Shown in pieces: positions 44,732 through 58,390 of a DNA stretch of 64,000 bases. How positions within the stretch are numbered: the first letter of the stretch is position 1; every line of letters begins with the position of its first letter. The stretch is from Diplonema japonicum. Taxonomy: Eukaryota; Protista; Euglenozoa: Diplonemea. Position numbers and translations under genes: made by a program. The DNA is taken from positions 1-64,000 of the forward strand of contig OZ025683.1 of NCBI GenBank assembly GCA_964019335.1. The letters are read 5' to 3'. The notes under the pieces were generated by a model. The model was not told the DNA's origin and did no database searches. It saw nothing but the letters and a program-made list of their open reading frames with translations.

Positions 44732-47700
44732 CTACAACGAGGGGATCCTGCTTCCGTATACGCTTTTGAGCTCGCTGCGCAATTTTGCCTCGATCTTGTT
44801 CTTAACAGAGCTGAAGGAGGGGCTCACATTGAAGCCGAAGTTGATGTTTTTCTTCACGATTTTAAGGCTGGAGCTAAACCCAACCGAAGCAGAGGAGCTG
44901 GAGATCCCAGCAGTGAAGGAAAGGGAGTTGATCTTCAGGACGTTGTTGAGGGCACCGCCCACTGCGCTGGCAATCTCGCTGAAGGTGTCCGTCACAGCCG
45001 ATGCTTTGTCCATCGCCTTCTGTGTCGTGCTGAGTGTAGTCTTCGCCCCATCCACCGTCTTCTGCGCACCCTCAATAGCCTTTTTAGTCGACGCGATAAC
45101 CCCCTTCAGAGCAAGGTCGGCGGCTTCCTTTGCAGCCTTGATGGTCCCGTACGCCGTCCAGCATGTCGCAACAGAACCGCATGTCCATGGCTTCTTCTTG
45201 CACTTCTTCTCCTTCTTCTTGCAGCTGCTGTGCTTGCTGTCCAGCTGGTTCTTCAAGCCGTCCACCTTGTCCTGTGCGCTCTTCAGGTCCTTCGTCGCAT
45301 CCTCCTTTGCAGTCTTCAGATCCGCGTTCGCGGCGTCCAAATCCTTCTTTGCAGCGTCAAGGTCCTTCTTTGCATCAGCAGCAGCAGAGTCGGCAGCGTT
45401 GCTGAGAGTGTCAAGGAACGCAGAGGCCTGCGCGATCACAGCAGAGATGAAGTTGCCTTCCATAGTGGCGGTGATCTGGTTGTGGAAGTTACCCTTCCCG
45501 GGGACCCCAGTGACCACGATATCCACCTCTACATTGAAGCCGCTGCCCATCCCGTACATGAAGTTCCCGTAGATGCCATTGTCGGAAATGGACAGGTAGA
45601 TCACGACGTACTTTCCAAGGATCTGCGCCCTCCCGTCCACGGAGAGGCTCTGCTTGCTAGTTGTGAGCTGCAAGTCGAAGGACGGGCCTGACTTGCCATC
45701 AGCTGAGGTGATCTGGATAGGACCCCAGTTGATTTTGTCAACGATAAGGACTGCCTGGATACCTGTGGCCCTCACCCTGAACTCTGCCTTCGACACCTTA
45801 ATGGCGTTCCACAGGTTGAGGTCCACGATCTCGAGGTTGGTGCCCGCAGGAATGGTGGAGGAGACCCCCGCCACCGTGATCACAACAGCGCTGACTGGGT
45901 CGGGGTTGAAGCTCCCATCGAACTTCTTGATGGACGCAGTAGTAAGGGTGTTCCCGACGCTGCCCAGGCACGAGTCGCACCCCGCGATAGTGGTCACAAT
46001 CCTGTTCAGGTCGAAGTCTTCCACAGTAGCCCTGAAAGCTGTTTTCGTGAAGTCAGCAACATCCACGCTGATGGTGATCTGACCCGAAGTGCCGCCAACT
46101 TCCATGCCACCGATGAGCGAGAAACTAGTAGGGAGCAGAGCTGGGGAGACGGTCATCCCGATGGCGAGGGGGAACAGCACTGTGACTCCTGGAACACCGA
46201 AGGGGTGCACCCAGGGCGTCGCGCTGTTGAGAGACAGTTCCATAATCAGCCCACCAGCCGACAGGCCGATGAAGCCGGTCGCAGTGAAGGTTTGCGCCTT
46301 GTTGCCGCTCCCCAGAGTGAAGTCCATCTCGACGTTGAACCCCATCTCGGGAGACCCGGAAGCCTTGATTGCGAAGGCGAGAGCAATAGTGCGCAGGGTC
46401 ACCTTGTTCCCAAGGGGGATGTCCCCTGCCAGCTGCACGAAGATGTTGAGCTCAGAGGTAGAGACGATGTCAGCAACGAGCAGGAGGCCGCCTGACACAC
46501 CCGCGGTCTTGATTTGGTTTTTCAAGCTACCAGGAGCCACCGCAAGGACGTCCGAGATAGTGCCACCATTGATGGGGAGCGACGCGGCGAGGGAGAGGCC
46601 TTTCCTCAACGTAACATCCCCAACAACCATTTTGTCCTTGGCAACAGAGAAGCGGATATACTCGGGACCCATCGAGCTGAGCACCTTCTTGACAGGGGCA
46701 GGAAGCCCGCTTGCACCCGCGAAATTCCCAGCAGTGAAGGCGAACCCGTAGAGCCAAGTGCTCTGCTTTGAGGCGGCGACAATGATGGAGAAGTCGATCC
46801 CAAACACATTCCCGGCAGCCGTAAGCGAAATGCTCTTCTTGGTGAACGAAACCTCGAGTGCCACGTTGCTGAGGGGCAGGTTCTTCATGGAGTCAAGCAT
46901 GCCTCCAGAGTTCCCGAGGGACGGGGAGAACTGGCTCGAGCCAGAGAATTCGGAGGAGAAGCTGTCCGCGGACGCGCTCTTGCCGCTCAAGACGCCACCC
47001 CTCAGGACAACATCGACTGGACCAGCGCCGACGACGAAGTCAAGCCCCAAGGTAAAGCTCGACAAGTAAGTCCCGCTGACGGACACGGTTTTGCTGCCGT
47101 CCTCAGCCTGCACAAGACCCACAGTGACGGTAGGCAGGTTGATGACTTTTGAGTGAAAGGGGATTGAGAGCCCGCTGAAAGTACCAGTGATGGACCAGGC
47201 GTTGGTCGGTGCGCCGCACGACTTCGAGAAAGCAACCTGCGTCTCCATGGCAGGGATGTTCTTTAGGTTCCTCAGGATGAGGGTACCAGTACCTGTGCAG
47301 TCAGTGCCCACCGCAACGCTGGCCTTCACGTTCGTGTCCTCGTAGGTGATAGTGGCCGTCACAGATGAAGCGCTCGAGGAGCTGTCAAAGTCGAGGGAGA
47401 AGTCGAGCCCCACAGAGGTCTTCGCGGTCACAGTCCCTGTCCAAGAACGTCCGGCAAGGTTTGCTGAGGCGTCACCGCCATTGTTGCTGGAGGTCAACTC
47501 GATGGTCACCCCAGTCAAGGAGGTGGCGCTGGGGCCGTTCCAGCTATCAACAGCGCCGCTGATGGTCATCACGCCGGAGCAGCTCTGGTAGGTCATGGCA
47601 CCCGTGAAGACAAGGTCGCTGGCACCGTTTAGCCTCAGTCTGGCCTCCCTGATGGTACCGGTGACAGGTGCACACCCCGAGTTGTAGGTGAAGGCCACGG

Positions 47701-49786
47701 TAGAGCTGAAGATGAGGTTGTCAGTACTGAAGGAGGTCACGACATCAACGGACTTGAAGGCACCATCGGCAAAGACGACTGTGGCGGAGGAGCTTGCACC
47801 GAACAGGTTAGCAGTGGCTTGCAAGTTGCCACCCCACGCAAGGGTGCGAGGGGACACATTGTTAACATTGGCGTTGAGCACAAAACTAACGGACGACAGC
47901 TTCAAGCCGTCCAAGGTTAGGTCACCGTCGTAGGTGCCTTCGAAGCGGAGTCTGTTGGCGTTCAAAGCGGTCGCACAGTCGTTGAACAGCATCGCCGCAT
48001 CGAACACCTGCCCGCTGCCGAGCGTGAGAGCACCTGAACCTGTGATCGGGGCACAGTTCTGTTCCCTGTCGGGGCTGATTTCAATCGAACCGACAAAGGT
48101 AGCCCCGTTCCCGTTCACAGTCAAGTCACCCACAAGCGAAGTCAGCGCGTTGTTCTCGAGTGTCGTGGTGACGCTGATCTCTGTTCCGTCCACAGAAGCC
48201 GTACCGCTAATGGTGCCCGACCAGGTGACAGGTCCGCCAGCGACAGTGCCTACCAGGTCGATGTTCACGTTGGTGAGGTCCACTCCGAACAAAGTCCACG
48301 TGTCATCAAGCTGTCCTTTGATAGACCACAGCGGGAGGTCAGCGTTGCCGACATTGTAGTTGAAGACGTGCGACACGGTGGCCGTGAACTGAGGGATCGC
48401 GGCATTGCTGGCGGCAGCTGTGATCGTCGCACTGCCTGTTGCTACACCATCAGCAACGGCAAGGTTCACAGTTCCGGAGATGATGTCCTGCTCGATGGTA
48501 CCACTCACAGTGAAAGCAGTAACACCCGTAGTGCTGTCGAGGGTGACACTCGCACTAACAGTGTTCGATCCGATGCTGACAGTGCCTGAGGCATCACCTG
48601 CCCAGACGGTGGCAGCAGCGGACTCAGATGACGTCATGTGCACGTTCAGGTTGGACACGGACACCTGAGCAATACTTGCGCTGGGAACGCTGGCAGTCAC
48701 ATCCCACAGTGGCGTCGTGGTGCCGGACACACAACCCAGCTGGGCAATAGTGCAGGCAGCGGTGAAGTCAGCACTGGGAACATTGAGCGTTGCAGATCCC
48801 TTGTTCGCAGTACTGCAGCTGTCCACAAATTCCACAGACCCCTGCATGGAGAAACCCCCGTAGGTAGCATCAAAGGATGTGGTCATTGAAAGCAGCGTCT
48901 CCTCGTCAAAGGTGCCCTCGACAGTCGCCTCGCTCCCGAACATCTCGGCGGTGGCAGCGAAAGACCCCTCCCACTTCACACCGTCTTCGTCGTCCGTGGC
49001 ATCAAGGGTCGCAGAAACTTCCACCTCCAGCGAGGGCAGGCTCATGCCGCGCAGGTTGTACTCGGTGGTGAGGGAGGCACCCAGAACAAGGATTGGGGTA
49101 GATGACGAGGAGGCCATGAAAGCGCAGGGGTCGAAGGACACGCCAGACACATCAAGTTCCGCATCGATTCCCGGGATGGAAAGTGCGGGCAGGCCCGACA
49201 GAGGGCTCAGCGGGCACGAGTCTGACACAAGGCTGCCGTCAAAGAAGGGGGTAGTGGCAAAGTCAAGGGTCACTCTTGAGGGGAGGGACAACTCGGTCTC
49301 AGTATCAGGGATGTCAACGTGAATGAGCGTCTGCACGGATGTTTCGCTCTGGATGACTTCGTAGTTTGCTGTCAGGTTGCCTGTGGAGGCGATGGGGCCC
49401 TGCAGCAGGGTACCAGTCCAAGTGAGGCTGCTGCCGTCTGCGATGCGCATGGTGAGAATGGTGGTAGCAGTCAACTGCACCAGGTTGGTGTTCGACAGGT
49501 CGGACAACCCCGAGAAGGCGACAACAGCGACTTTCTCCTCACACGAGATTGTGGACAACGTGCTGCTGAGGGTAGCAATGGTCGTGCCAGAGTACTTAGC
49601 CGTCCCGTCGATGCTGTACGTGGCATCGTCGGTGGCAAAAGCATCCTGTGTGTTGCAGCTGTTTACAACAGTCTCGAGATCCGAGTCAACACCGATGCAA
49701 AGCTCGATGTTCCCATTTGTTCCGCACACGTCCAGCCCTGCAGCTGCCATGCTGCATAGGAGCAGCATCGTCATTCTTGAGTACAT
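44732..49786 (-). CDS. Large secreted beta-strand-rich protein with C-terminal coiled coil (~1680 aa)
   Basis: Signal peptide; long alternating hydrophobic/Ser-Thr-Gly strands; AKKDLDA heptads around a Cys/Lys hairpin. Confidence 0.8.
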   Translation of the reverse strand: MYSRMTMLLLCSMAAAGLDVCGTNGNIELCIGVDSDLETVVNSCNTQDAFATDDATYSIDGTAKYSGTTIATLSSTLSTISCEEKVAVVAFSGLSDLSNTNLVQLTATTILTMRIADGSSLTWTGTLLQGPIASTGNLTANYEVIQSETSVQTLIHVDIPDTETELSLPSRVTLDFATTPFFDGSLVSDSCPLSPLSGLPALSIPGIDAELDVSGVSFDPCAFMASSSSTPILVLGASLTTEYNLRGMSLPSLEVEVSATLDATDDEDGVKWEGSFAATAEMFGSEATVEGTFDEETLLSMTTSFDATYGGFSMQGSVEFVDSCSTANKGSATLNVPSADFTAACTIAQLGCVSGTTTPLWDVTASVPSASIAQVSVSNLNVHMTSSESAAATVWAGDASGTVSIGSNTVSASVTLDSTTGVTAFTVSGTIEQDIISGTVNLAVADGVATGSATITAAASNAAIPQFTATVSHVFNYNVGNADLPLWSIKGQLDDTWTLFGVDLTNVNIDLVGTVAGGPVTWSGTISGTASVDGTEISVTTTLENNALTSLVGDLTVNGNGATFVGSIEISPDREQNCAPITGSGALTLGSGQVFDAAMLFNDCATALNANRLRFEGTYDGDLTLDGLKLSSVSFVLNANVNNVSPRTLAWGGNLQATANLFGASSSATVVFADGAFKSVDVVTSFSTDNLIFSSTVAFTYNSGCAPVTGTIREARLRLNGASDLVFTGAMTYQSCSGVMTISGAVDSWNGPSATSLTGVTIELTSSNNGGDASANLAGRSWTGTVTAKTSVGLDFSLDFDSSSSASSVTATITYEDTNVKASVAVGTDCTGTGTLILRNLKNIPAMETQVAFSKSCGAPTNAWSITGTFSGLSIPFHSKVINLPTVTVGLVQAEDGSKTVSVSGTYLSSFTLGLDFVVGAGPVDVVLRGGVLSGKSASADSFSSEFSGSSQFSPSLGNSGGMLDSMKNLPLSNVALEVSFTKKSISLTAAGNVFGIDFSIIVAASKQSTWLYGFAFTAGNFAGASGLPAPVKKVLSSMGPEYIRFSVAKDKMVVGDVTLRKGLSLAASLPINGGTISDVLAVAPGSLKNQIKTAGVSGGLLLVADIVSTSELNIFVQLAGDIPLGNKVTLRTIALAFAIKASGSPEMGFNVEMDFTLGSGNKAQTFTATGFIGLSAGGLIMELSLNSATPWVHPFGVPGVTVLFPLAIGMTVSPALLPTSFSLIGGMEVGGTSGQITISVDVADFTKTAFRATVEDFDLNRIVTTIAGCDSCLGSVGNTLTTASIKKFDGSFNPDPVSAVVITVAGVSSTIPAGTNLEIVDLNLWNAIKVSKAEFRVRATGIQAVLIVDKINWGPIQITSADGKSGPSFDLQLTTSKQSLSVDGRAQILGKYVVIYLSISDNGIYGNFMYGMGSGFNVEVDIVVTGVPGKGNFHNQITATMEGNFISAVIAQASAFLDTLSNAADSAAADAKKDLDAAKKDLDAANADLKTAKEDATKDLKSAQDKVDGLKNQLDSKHSSCKKKEKKCKKKPWTCGSVATCWTAYGTIKAAKEAADLALKGVIASTKKAIEGAQKTVDGAKTTLSTTQKAMDKASAVTDTFSEIASAVGGALNNVLKINSLSFTAGISSSSASVGFSSSLKIVKKNINFGFNVSPSFSSVKNKIEAKLRSELKSVYGSRIPSL

Positions 49787-50085
49787 GATGGTTAGAAAGC
49801 CTGAGTTGCTTGTGGTAGGGCAGAGGCAATTGACAACAGTTTTTTCAAACAACGAAAATAAAAAAAGAAAAGAAAAAAACACATGTATATTAAACAGGCT
49901 GCAAACAGCAGCTTGTGTGAAGTGCTAGGTAATGCACTGTTGCCACCACATTAACTAATTGCATGGGGGATCGGGGTGGGGGGTAGAAAGAAGGAATTTT
50001 GCAATGCGCCAAGGGAACTAAGGGTCGGAAGACAGCAGGGTGGGGGTGTCGTCAAACCAGCCGCACGTGTTTTGGGCGTGACCTG

Positions 50086-50127
<42 letters not shown>

Positions 50128-50924
50128 GAGGAGGGGTTGTTGCTAACAAAAGAGTGAGGGGAAAGGAGGTAAGACAGATGTTAAGATTTTCGGTAGAACT
50201 TTGCTGCAAGGAGGAGGATGGGAAAATAAAAGTAAATGATTCAACCGCTGCCGCATGAGGGTAAGAAGCCAGACAAATGAACAGCCTGCACATACTGCAA
50301 TACTGTCTTAAAGTGGGGGGGGGGGGGGGGGTAGATAGTTTTTAGCATGAAACGCATTTTAATTTGTCCCACGCAAATTCAAAGGGGGAAGGGGAAGAGG
50401 GAACTTGAAGAGAAAAAAAAAATGTAACGTAAAGGAACAGAAGGAAGATATTACAACAGAAAATCACGCACCGCTTCTTCTTTTTTTCTTGTGTTAATTT
50501 ATGTTCAGGAATGTTCTTCAGAAGTAAGCACTTAAAAGTGGGATGCGGTTGGATGCAACTTGCAAGACAGTGTGGGCAAAAATATACAAGCAAAGGTCAT
50601 CGTACAAAACTACAGAGGCAGCAATTCTCACTCTTGTGAGGGCCTTCGGTGCCGTATGGCTCGATAATGCTGCTGCGCCGTTCTGCCAGTTTTGCTTCGT
50701 TCAGCCGCGAGTAGCCCATCCTGAGTTCATACAAGCAGCTGGTACATTAAACAAGAAAGGGAGGGGGGGGACAAGAACAAGATAACCCAACCCTGGCAGC
50801 GTTCGGGAATAAGAGGTTGGCAAAAATGGTAGATTCTTGACATTTCTTCTTTTTTTTTTTAAAAAGCAAAGCCAGACACCACCTCTTTTTTTCTTTTACC
50901 GAACACTGCCTTTTTACAATCTGA

Positions 50925-51935
50925 CTACACACGGTTTGCTGCAGGCTGTCCGTATCGCTTAAGCAAAGCAGGTCTTGGGCGCCCCAAAGCAGCAGGATCG
51001 ACAACTAGCTTCGCCGGACGCCTGGGCGCACGGGAGGGTGGGGAGGGAGAGGGGTTCAGCCCCCCTTGTGGCATGTGCACTCGTGGAAGTGCATTGGTTT
51101 GTTTCACCCCTCTTTTGGGACTATGGTAGTTTTGTGTATAGTTGTAGTAAGCCTCCACTTCTGGTTCCAGGTCGGGGCTCACTGGCCGGTGGGGTGCGTG
51201 GGCTGGCTGCATGGGCTGGTCAGGGATGGTGAGGTCGATTCCTGCCGCCTCCCTTGAAAAGTTGTCAGGTATTTGTGGTGGGTAATGTATCATGGAAGGA
51301 AGAGGGGGTGTGTTCTTCTCCACAAGGCACGACAGCACGCCCCTCGACTCCTTCAGCACGGTGATGGCATCGTCGGGTGTGTAGATCTTCGTCCCGTTCA
51401 CGTTGACCACACGCATGCCAGGCTCCATGCCTGCGTCAGCACCAATGCTGCCTTGTTGTACTTCTGAGATAACAGGTCTGGTCCGCTCGAAGGTGAGGCC
51501 CACAGGTGCATCCCCTCGTTTAAGGACAGTTACCTGTTCCAGATCTGCGTCGACAAATTCCTCGCCTTGCTGTCCTGTCCTAGCAAGGATCCTCTTCTTC
51601 CTCAGCAGGTCCAACACCTCTTCCCGCCTTTTGTCACGAAGTTCCGTATTCTCAGCACTGGCAATGTTCTCAAGATTAGGGTCCTCCGTTACATCCAGCA
51701 CCTCTATCTCCACCCTTTCATCTCCTTGTAAGGCAGGAGCCTCTACAGGCTCTTTATTTGGCGACTCGAAGTTTTGAGGCTCCTCTAAAAGCTGCTTCTC
51801 GAGATCTTCTGCATGACTCGCCTTCCTCTTCCTTGAACACCACCAGCAGCAAATAAAAATAATACAGCTCAGCACAGCCGCGGACCCTAGTATGATCACA
51901 TAGTCCAAAGGCTCACTAGGGTCTGTCAACCCCAT
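50925..51935 (-). CDS. Single-pass membrane protein with PDZ domain
   Basis: TM segment followed by CCWWC; VGLTF..GSIGADAGMEPGMRVVNVNG. Confidence 0.75.
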   Translation of the reverse strand: MGLTDPSEPLDYVIILGSAAVLSCIIFICCWWCSRKRKASHAEDLEKQLLEEPQNFESPNKEPVEAPALQGDERVEIEVLDVTEDPNLENIASAENTELRDKRREEVLDLLRKKRILARTGQQGEEFVDADLEQVTVLKRGDAPVGLTFERTRPVISEVQQGSIGADAGMEPGMRVVNVNGTKIYTPDDAITVLKESRGVLSCLVEKNTPPLPSMIHYPPQIPDNFSREAAGIDLTIPDQPMQPAHAPHRPVSPDLEPEVEAYYNYTQNYHSPKRGVKQTNALPRVHMPQGGLNPSPSPPSRAPRRPAKLVVDPAALGRPRPALLKRYGQPAANRV

Positions 51936-52132
51936 CCCTGTGGTGGATGGACATCTTGTCAATGAAAGGGGAAAAAAAAAACAGGGATTATTTAAACTCA
52001 TGATACTGAAGCAGAGACAAGACGCAGTGGGCACAAAGGAAGGGTTAAAGGAAAAAAGGAAAAGTGGAAAAGAGGGAAGTAAAAAAAAGTGGCAACAAAA
52101 GACGCCAAACACTCGTGATTTGATATCTATCA

Positions 52133-54012
<1,880 letters not shown>

Positions 54013-54145
54013 GATATCGCTCCAACCTTGATGTGAACAGTGCTGCGCAAAAGGGGATCGAGGGGGGCAAAAGATAGGAAAGAAAAAGTGTATAATAACT
54101 ATCAGAAATGAATGCATAACAAAAAAAGGAGTATCCGGAAGGGTA

Positions 54146-55629
54146 CTACAAGTCCTCACGCGCATTGTCCAGTTTTCTGGACATCTTTGCCATGTTGCCC
54201 TCGATTGTGTCGAGCCGTTTCAGGATCTGGTTGAGCAGGGTGAGCTGCATCTGCTGGGTAACATCAGCCTGCTGGTAGTTGGTTTTGCTGCTGTTGTTGT
54301 CTTGACCGCGGTCCCGATCAAAGCCATGTTCATGTTCATGGTCGTGGTCGTGGTCATGGACTGAATTGAAATCCTGAATGGGATCATCTGCAACACTCTG
54401 TCTGTTACCGTGGATAATCCGCATTCTGCACAGCCTGTCCTCCTCTTTCAACCTGTGACAGTGTGCCACATTATTTTTATTTGCGATATATACCTTGCTT
54501 GCGTCTCTCGGGCCTCTGAGAAGTTTGCTCCCAATATGATGATCGGGAATGCCACGATCAGCAACCCTGCAAGCATAGCACAAGCGCCCACCATATACCC
54601 CTGCAAGGCATGCTGCTTTTTGTGTTGTTGACATACTGGAAACGTCACAGGGTACATGTCCCCGTATCCCACGGTGGTGACCGTTACTAAGCACCACCAG
54701 AAAGAGTGTGGTATTGATTTGAAAGGATGTTTCGTGCTGGGTCCTCCAAACTCGTCTTTCCGCACCCATGTTCTGTTTTCCTCGTCGAAATCTGCGGCAG
54801 CCTGCTCTGCGAAGAAGATACCACTTCCAAAAAGCACCACGGTAATGGTCGTCAGGAAGAGAAGAAGCGACAGGGCGTCAGAGCTGTTCTTCAGGGCGGC
54901 TCCTACCACCTGGATGCCTTCGTTATACTTGCTCAGCTTGAACACGCGGAACATTCTCGTCAGTCGCACAACGCGTAGCAACACCAAGCCCTTCCCGTTG
55001 GCATGGGCCCCCATGATGAGCAGCAGGATGAGATCGATGTAATAAGGAAGGATAGATGCTATGTCTACCCAGTTTAGCTTATCATAAACAAATTCTCTCT
55101 TGTCGGTGGTTGTCGCGAATCGTATGACCATCTCGAGGGTGAACCACCCGATACACAGGCTCTCGATCACGAAGAAGACGGGGAGGTCTTTCCCGTAGAA
55201 TTCAGGAAGGGATTCCACGGTGAAGACAATAACGCTTGTGCAGATGAGGACGAAGGTGAGAGTGAAGGTCAGCCGCGAGAGCACGATGTGCTGCTCGGCG
55301 TACAGCTCTTCGTCCAAGCCGATGGCGTCGAAGAGTGCGTGGATCTTCTTCTTCAAAGTGAGCTTCGCGACAAGATCATTCACCACGTTGTCCGGTATCT
55401 CTAACTTTGACTGCATTGTCATAGGGCTTTGCGGATCAGGGCTGAGGAACGAGTCCATTGTACTGTGAAGCCGCAAACTAAGGGGGTGGCATGGCCGCGA
55501 GCTGCTGCTCATCAAGCTGCTCCTTCTGGCACCCAGCTCAGTATCGAGAGTCTCATCCCTGTGGTGAAATAGTTTTTTTTTTTTTGTCCCATACCTAACA
55601 TTCGTGCTCGCTGCGATAATCGTCGTCAT
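54146..55629 (-). CDS. Voltage-gated potassium channel (Kv-like, 6TM), spliced
   Basis: S4 LRVVRLTRMFRVFKL; pore SFWWCLVTVTTVGYGD; short intron near 54602-54635; start uncertain (55458 or upstream). Confidence 0.9.
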
Positions 55630-56378
55630 GCCACCAGCATCTCACACACATAGATCGTCCTGCAGTGGCAGTACTTTTCTGTGGAGAAGAGTAACAAAAA
55701 ATATTTTAAAAAAAAAAAAAAACGCTATTTCATGTCTGTTATGACTGTACAGAAAGAAATGAGACCTTGTCTTCCTCCCCCTATGGAAATATATATAAAA
55801 AAAAGCGGAAACTTTTTTTCTTCTTTTTTTTAGATATAAAAAGGGGGCGGGGGGGGGGGGGGAAATAAACGGAGGGGTGCCTGAGACATTTTGGCCCCTT
55901 TTTTTTGAGGAAAATAAGAATTTTCAAAGGAGAGAAATCGCAAAAAAGAGAATGAAGAAATAACACAATTGTATCTAAATCTAAAACACAGCAAAGCAAG
56001 GTTTGTCAGGATTTTGCAGCACTTCAAGCACCCCCTCACCAACCTTGCAAGGCCCCGTTCCAGAACCAACTTGGCGTGTTTAGAACAGAAGAAATAATCC
56101 CCTAGAGAAACGATATATAATTTTTTATTCAAAAGAGTTTTGCCCTTACAAAAGTTATTTATCAGCGGGTGGGTTTCAATAACAAGATACAAAAAACAAA
56201 AAAAAAAAAAAAAAAAGAAGAAAAAGGGAGAATGGGAATTTATCGCTTCTCATCAGAAAGCACTGAACCAACGAAATGGTCGCAAAGCTCGTTTTTTTTC
56301 TGTTCCCCCCCCCCCTTTTTTTTCTTGTGGGTTTATGGTAATGTACATTGCGGGGTGAGGGTTTGTTCAGCCTAAGGC

Positions 56379-57899
56379 CTAGCCCTGTTTACGGCTTTCA
56401 ATTTCCTTTTCAAGCCTTTTTCGAGCACCCATTTTGAACCCCAGCTCTTTGAGGTCATCCGTTTCGAGTGTGATGAAAGTAGCTTCATCGATTTTCTGCT
56501 CCACGAAGATGCCACGGTCAGCATCATCAATACCTTCAATAGACTGCAGCCACTGAGGAAAGCTAGGAGCAGCAGCAGGTGCAGGTGCAGGCGCAGGAGC
56601 AGGAGTGGCTTCTGCGCTTGGAGCAGGGCTTGTCGGTGCGTCATTAAGTGGTGTTTTGGTCTTGCATTGATTATTCTCATACACCACGTCGTACTGCTTG
56701 CCACTGCTGCCATAGGTGTATATGCCCTTCCCATGCATCATGTCGTTGTCCCAGTCACCGTCAAAGGAGGATCCGGAGGCGAACACAAACAACCCCTTCC
56801 CGTGTTTCTTGTTGTTCAGGAACTCACCAGTGTATTTGTCTCCCTTCTTTGTGACGAACACCCCCTTCCCTTTTCTGGACCCGTCCTTGTGGTCCCCCTC
56901 GTAGTACCCCCCGTCGGCGTAGGTGTACTTCCCCTGCCCGCTCTCCATGTCGTTGGAGAACCCACCCTCATAAACATCCCCGTTCTCGTACTTCAAGGTG
57001 CCTCTCCCGTGCTGTGTGTTGTGTTGTATGACCAGTCATCCCATATGCCATACCATGCAGTCGTTCTTCCAATCCCCGTCGAAGCTGTGCTCTGGGCATT
57101 CGTAGTACCCCTGACCATGCTTCTGGTCGTCCACCCAGTCGCCTCTGTAGGAGTGCGCGTTGGCTTTGCTGCTCAGGGTGCCTTTACCTGTTTGGTGGCC
57201 CTGCGCCCACTGCCCTTCGTACTGTTGTGATGTTTGAGTGTGTGTGTTTGTGCATACCTTGGTCCCGTGTGAGTTCACCATGACCCCAAAGCCATCGAAG
57301 AGGCCCTCCCTGAAGCTTCCAGTGTAGATGTCGCCGCTCTTGAAGCGGAACTCGCCCTGTCCGTCTTCCATTCCGGTTTTGAAGTCCCCCTTGTAAACAC
57401 CGTTGGCAGGGTCCGTCAGCTCTCCCTTTCCATGCCGCTGGTTTTCATGCCATGTACCCTTGTACACGATGCCAGTAGCCTTTCTGGTCAGTGTGCCTTG
57501 GCCGTGTCTTTTGCTTGCTTGCCATTCGCCATCGTAAACGTCGCCTGTCTTGTTGCAGGTGAACTTCCCCCTGCCCTGTAGTTTCCCTTCCTCTAGCTCT
57601 CCAATGTACTCCCCGAAGCTGAACTGCACAACTTGTTGTCCCGTGCCCTGCATTTCAGCACTTTTCGACGCCACTTCCTTCTCCAATGCTTCCGCCTCGT
57701 CTTTTGCTGTTTTCTGCTCGTCTTGCTGGTCTCTCTTTCTTTGCTTCATCAGCTTCTTCATCTCCAACTTCTTCCTCCGCTCTTCCTCCTGTTGGTTCCT
57801 CTCGATCTCTTCCAGCTCTTTTCTCTGCTGCGCTTCCTTCTTCGAGTCGTCCAAGATCTTACGCTTCAGTGCATCCTCCTCTCGTTTCGCAACATCCAT
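56379..57899 (-). CDS. MORN-repeat protein with N-terminal coiled coil and C-terminal SAM domain
   Basis: Repeated YxGxW...HGxG; DDLKELGFKMGARKRL; short introns near 57012-57048 and 57223-57257. Confidence 0.88.
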
Positions 57900-58390
57900 T
57901 TGTAGCAAAGGAAGTACCTGTAAGACTCAAGCACGTGGTACTAACCAATTGCAAAACTTAGAAGGAAGAAAAGAAAAGGGGAAGAGGGGGAAGGAAACAG
58001 TGTAAATTGAACAAGAGAGGAATGTAAGAAGCAGAGGCTGTTGCCCTCAGCACCCTGATAGGCTCGCAGCCTCATACATAAACATAATAATGGAGCTCCA
58101 TACTTATATTACGTGCTTTGCACACAAAGGACAGCCGCGTATAGCATTGAAGGACACAAATAGTTAGATGTTTTCATTTAAAATAAGAGGGGGGAGTGAC
58201 AAATAAACGAACTTTTTTTTTTATTTCACTTAATTATTGTTAACAAACGGGCAAGCAGAAGTGATTACAGTCCGGTGGTTTGCACGCCCTGTCGCCTGTC
58301 ACGGCGTGTGGGTATGGATCGGCTGCGTGTTTTGATGAAAACAAAGCACCAGCACCGGCCACTGTATTTCCCTAGCTTACCTGCCTTGCT

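Noticed and set aside
30043-49928. Plus-strand ORFs overlapping large genes
   Set aside because: Antisense shadows of GC-rich coding sequence with no recognisable motifs.
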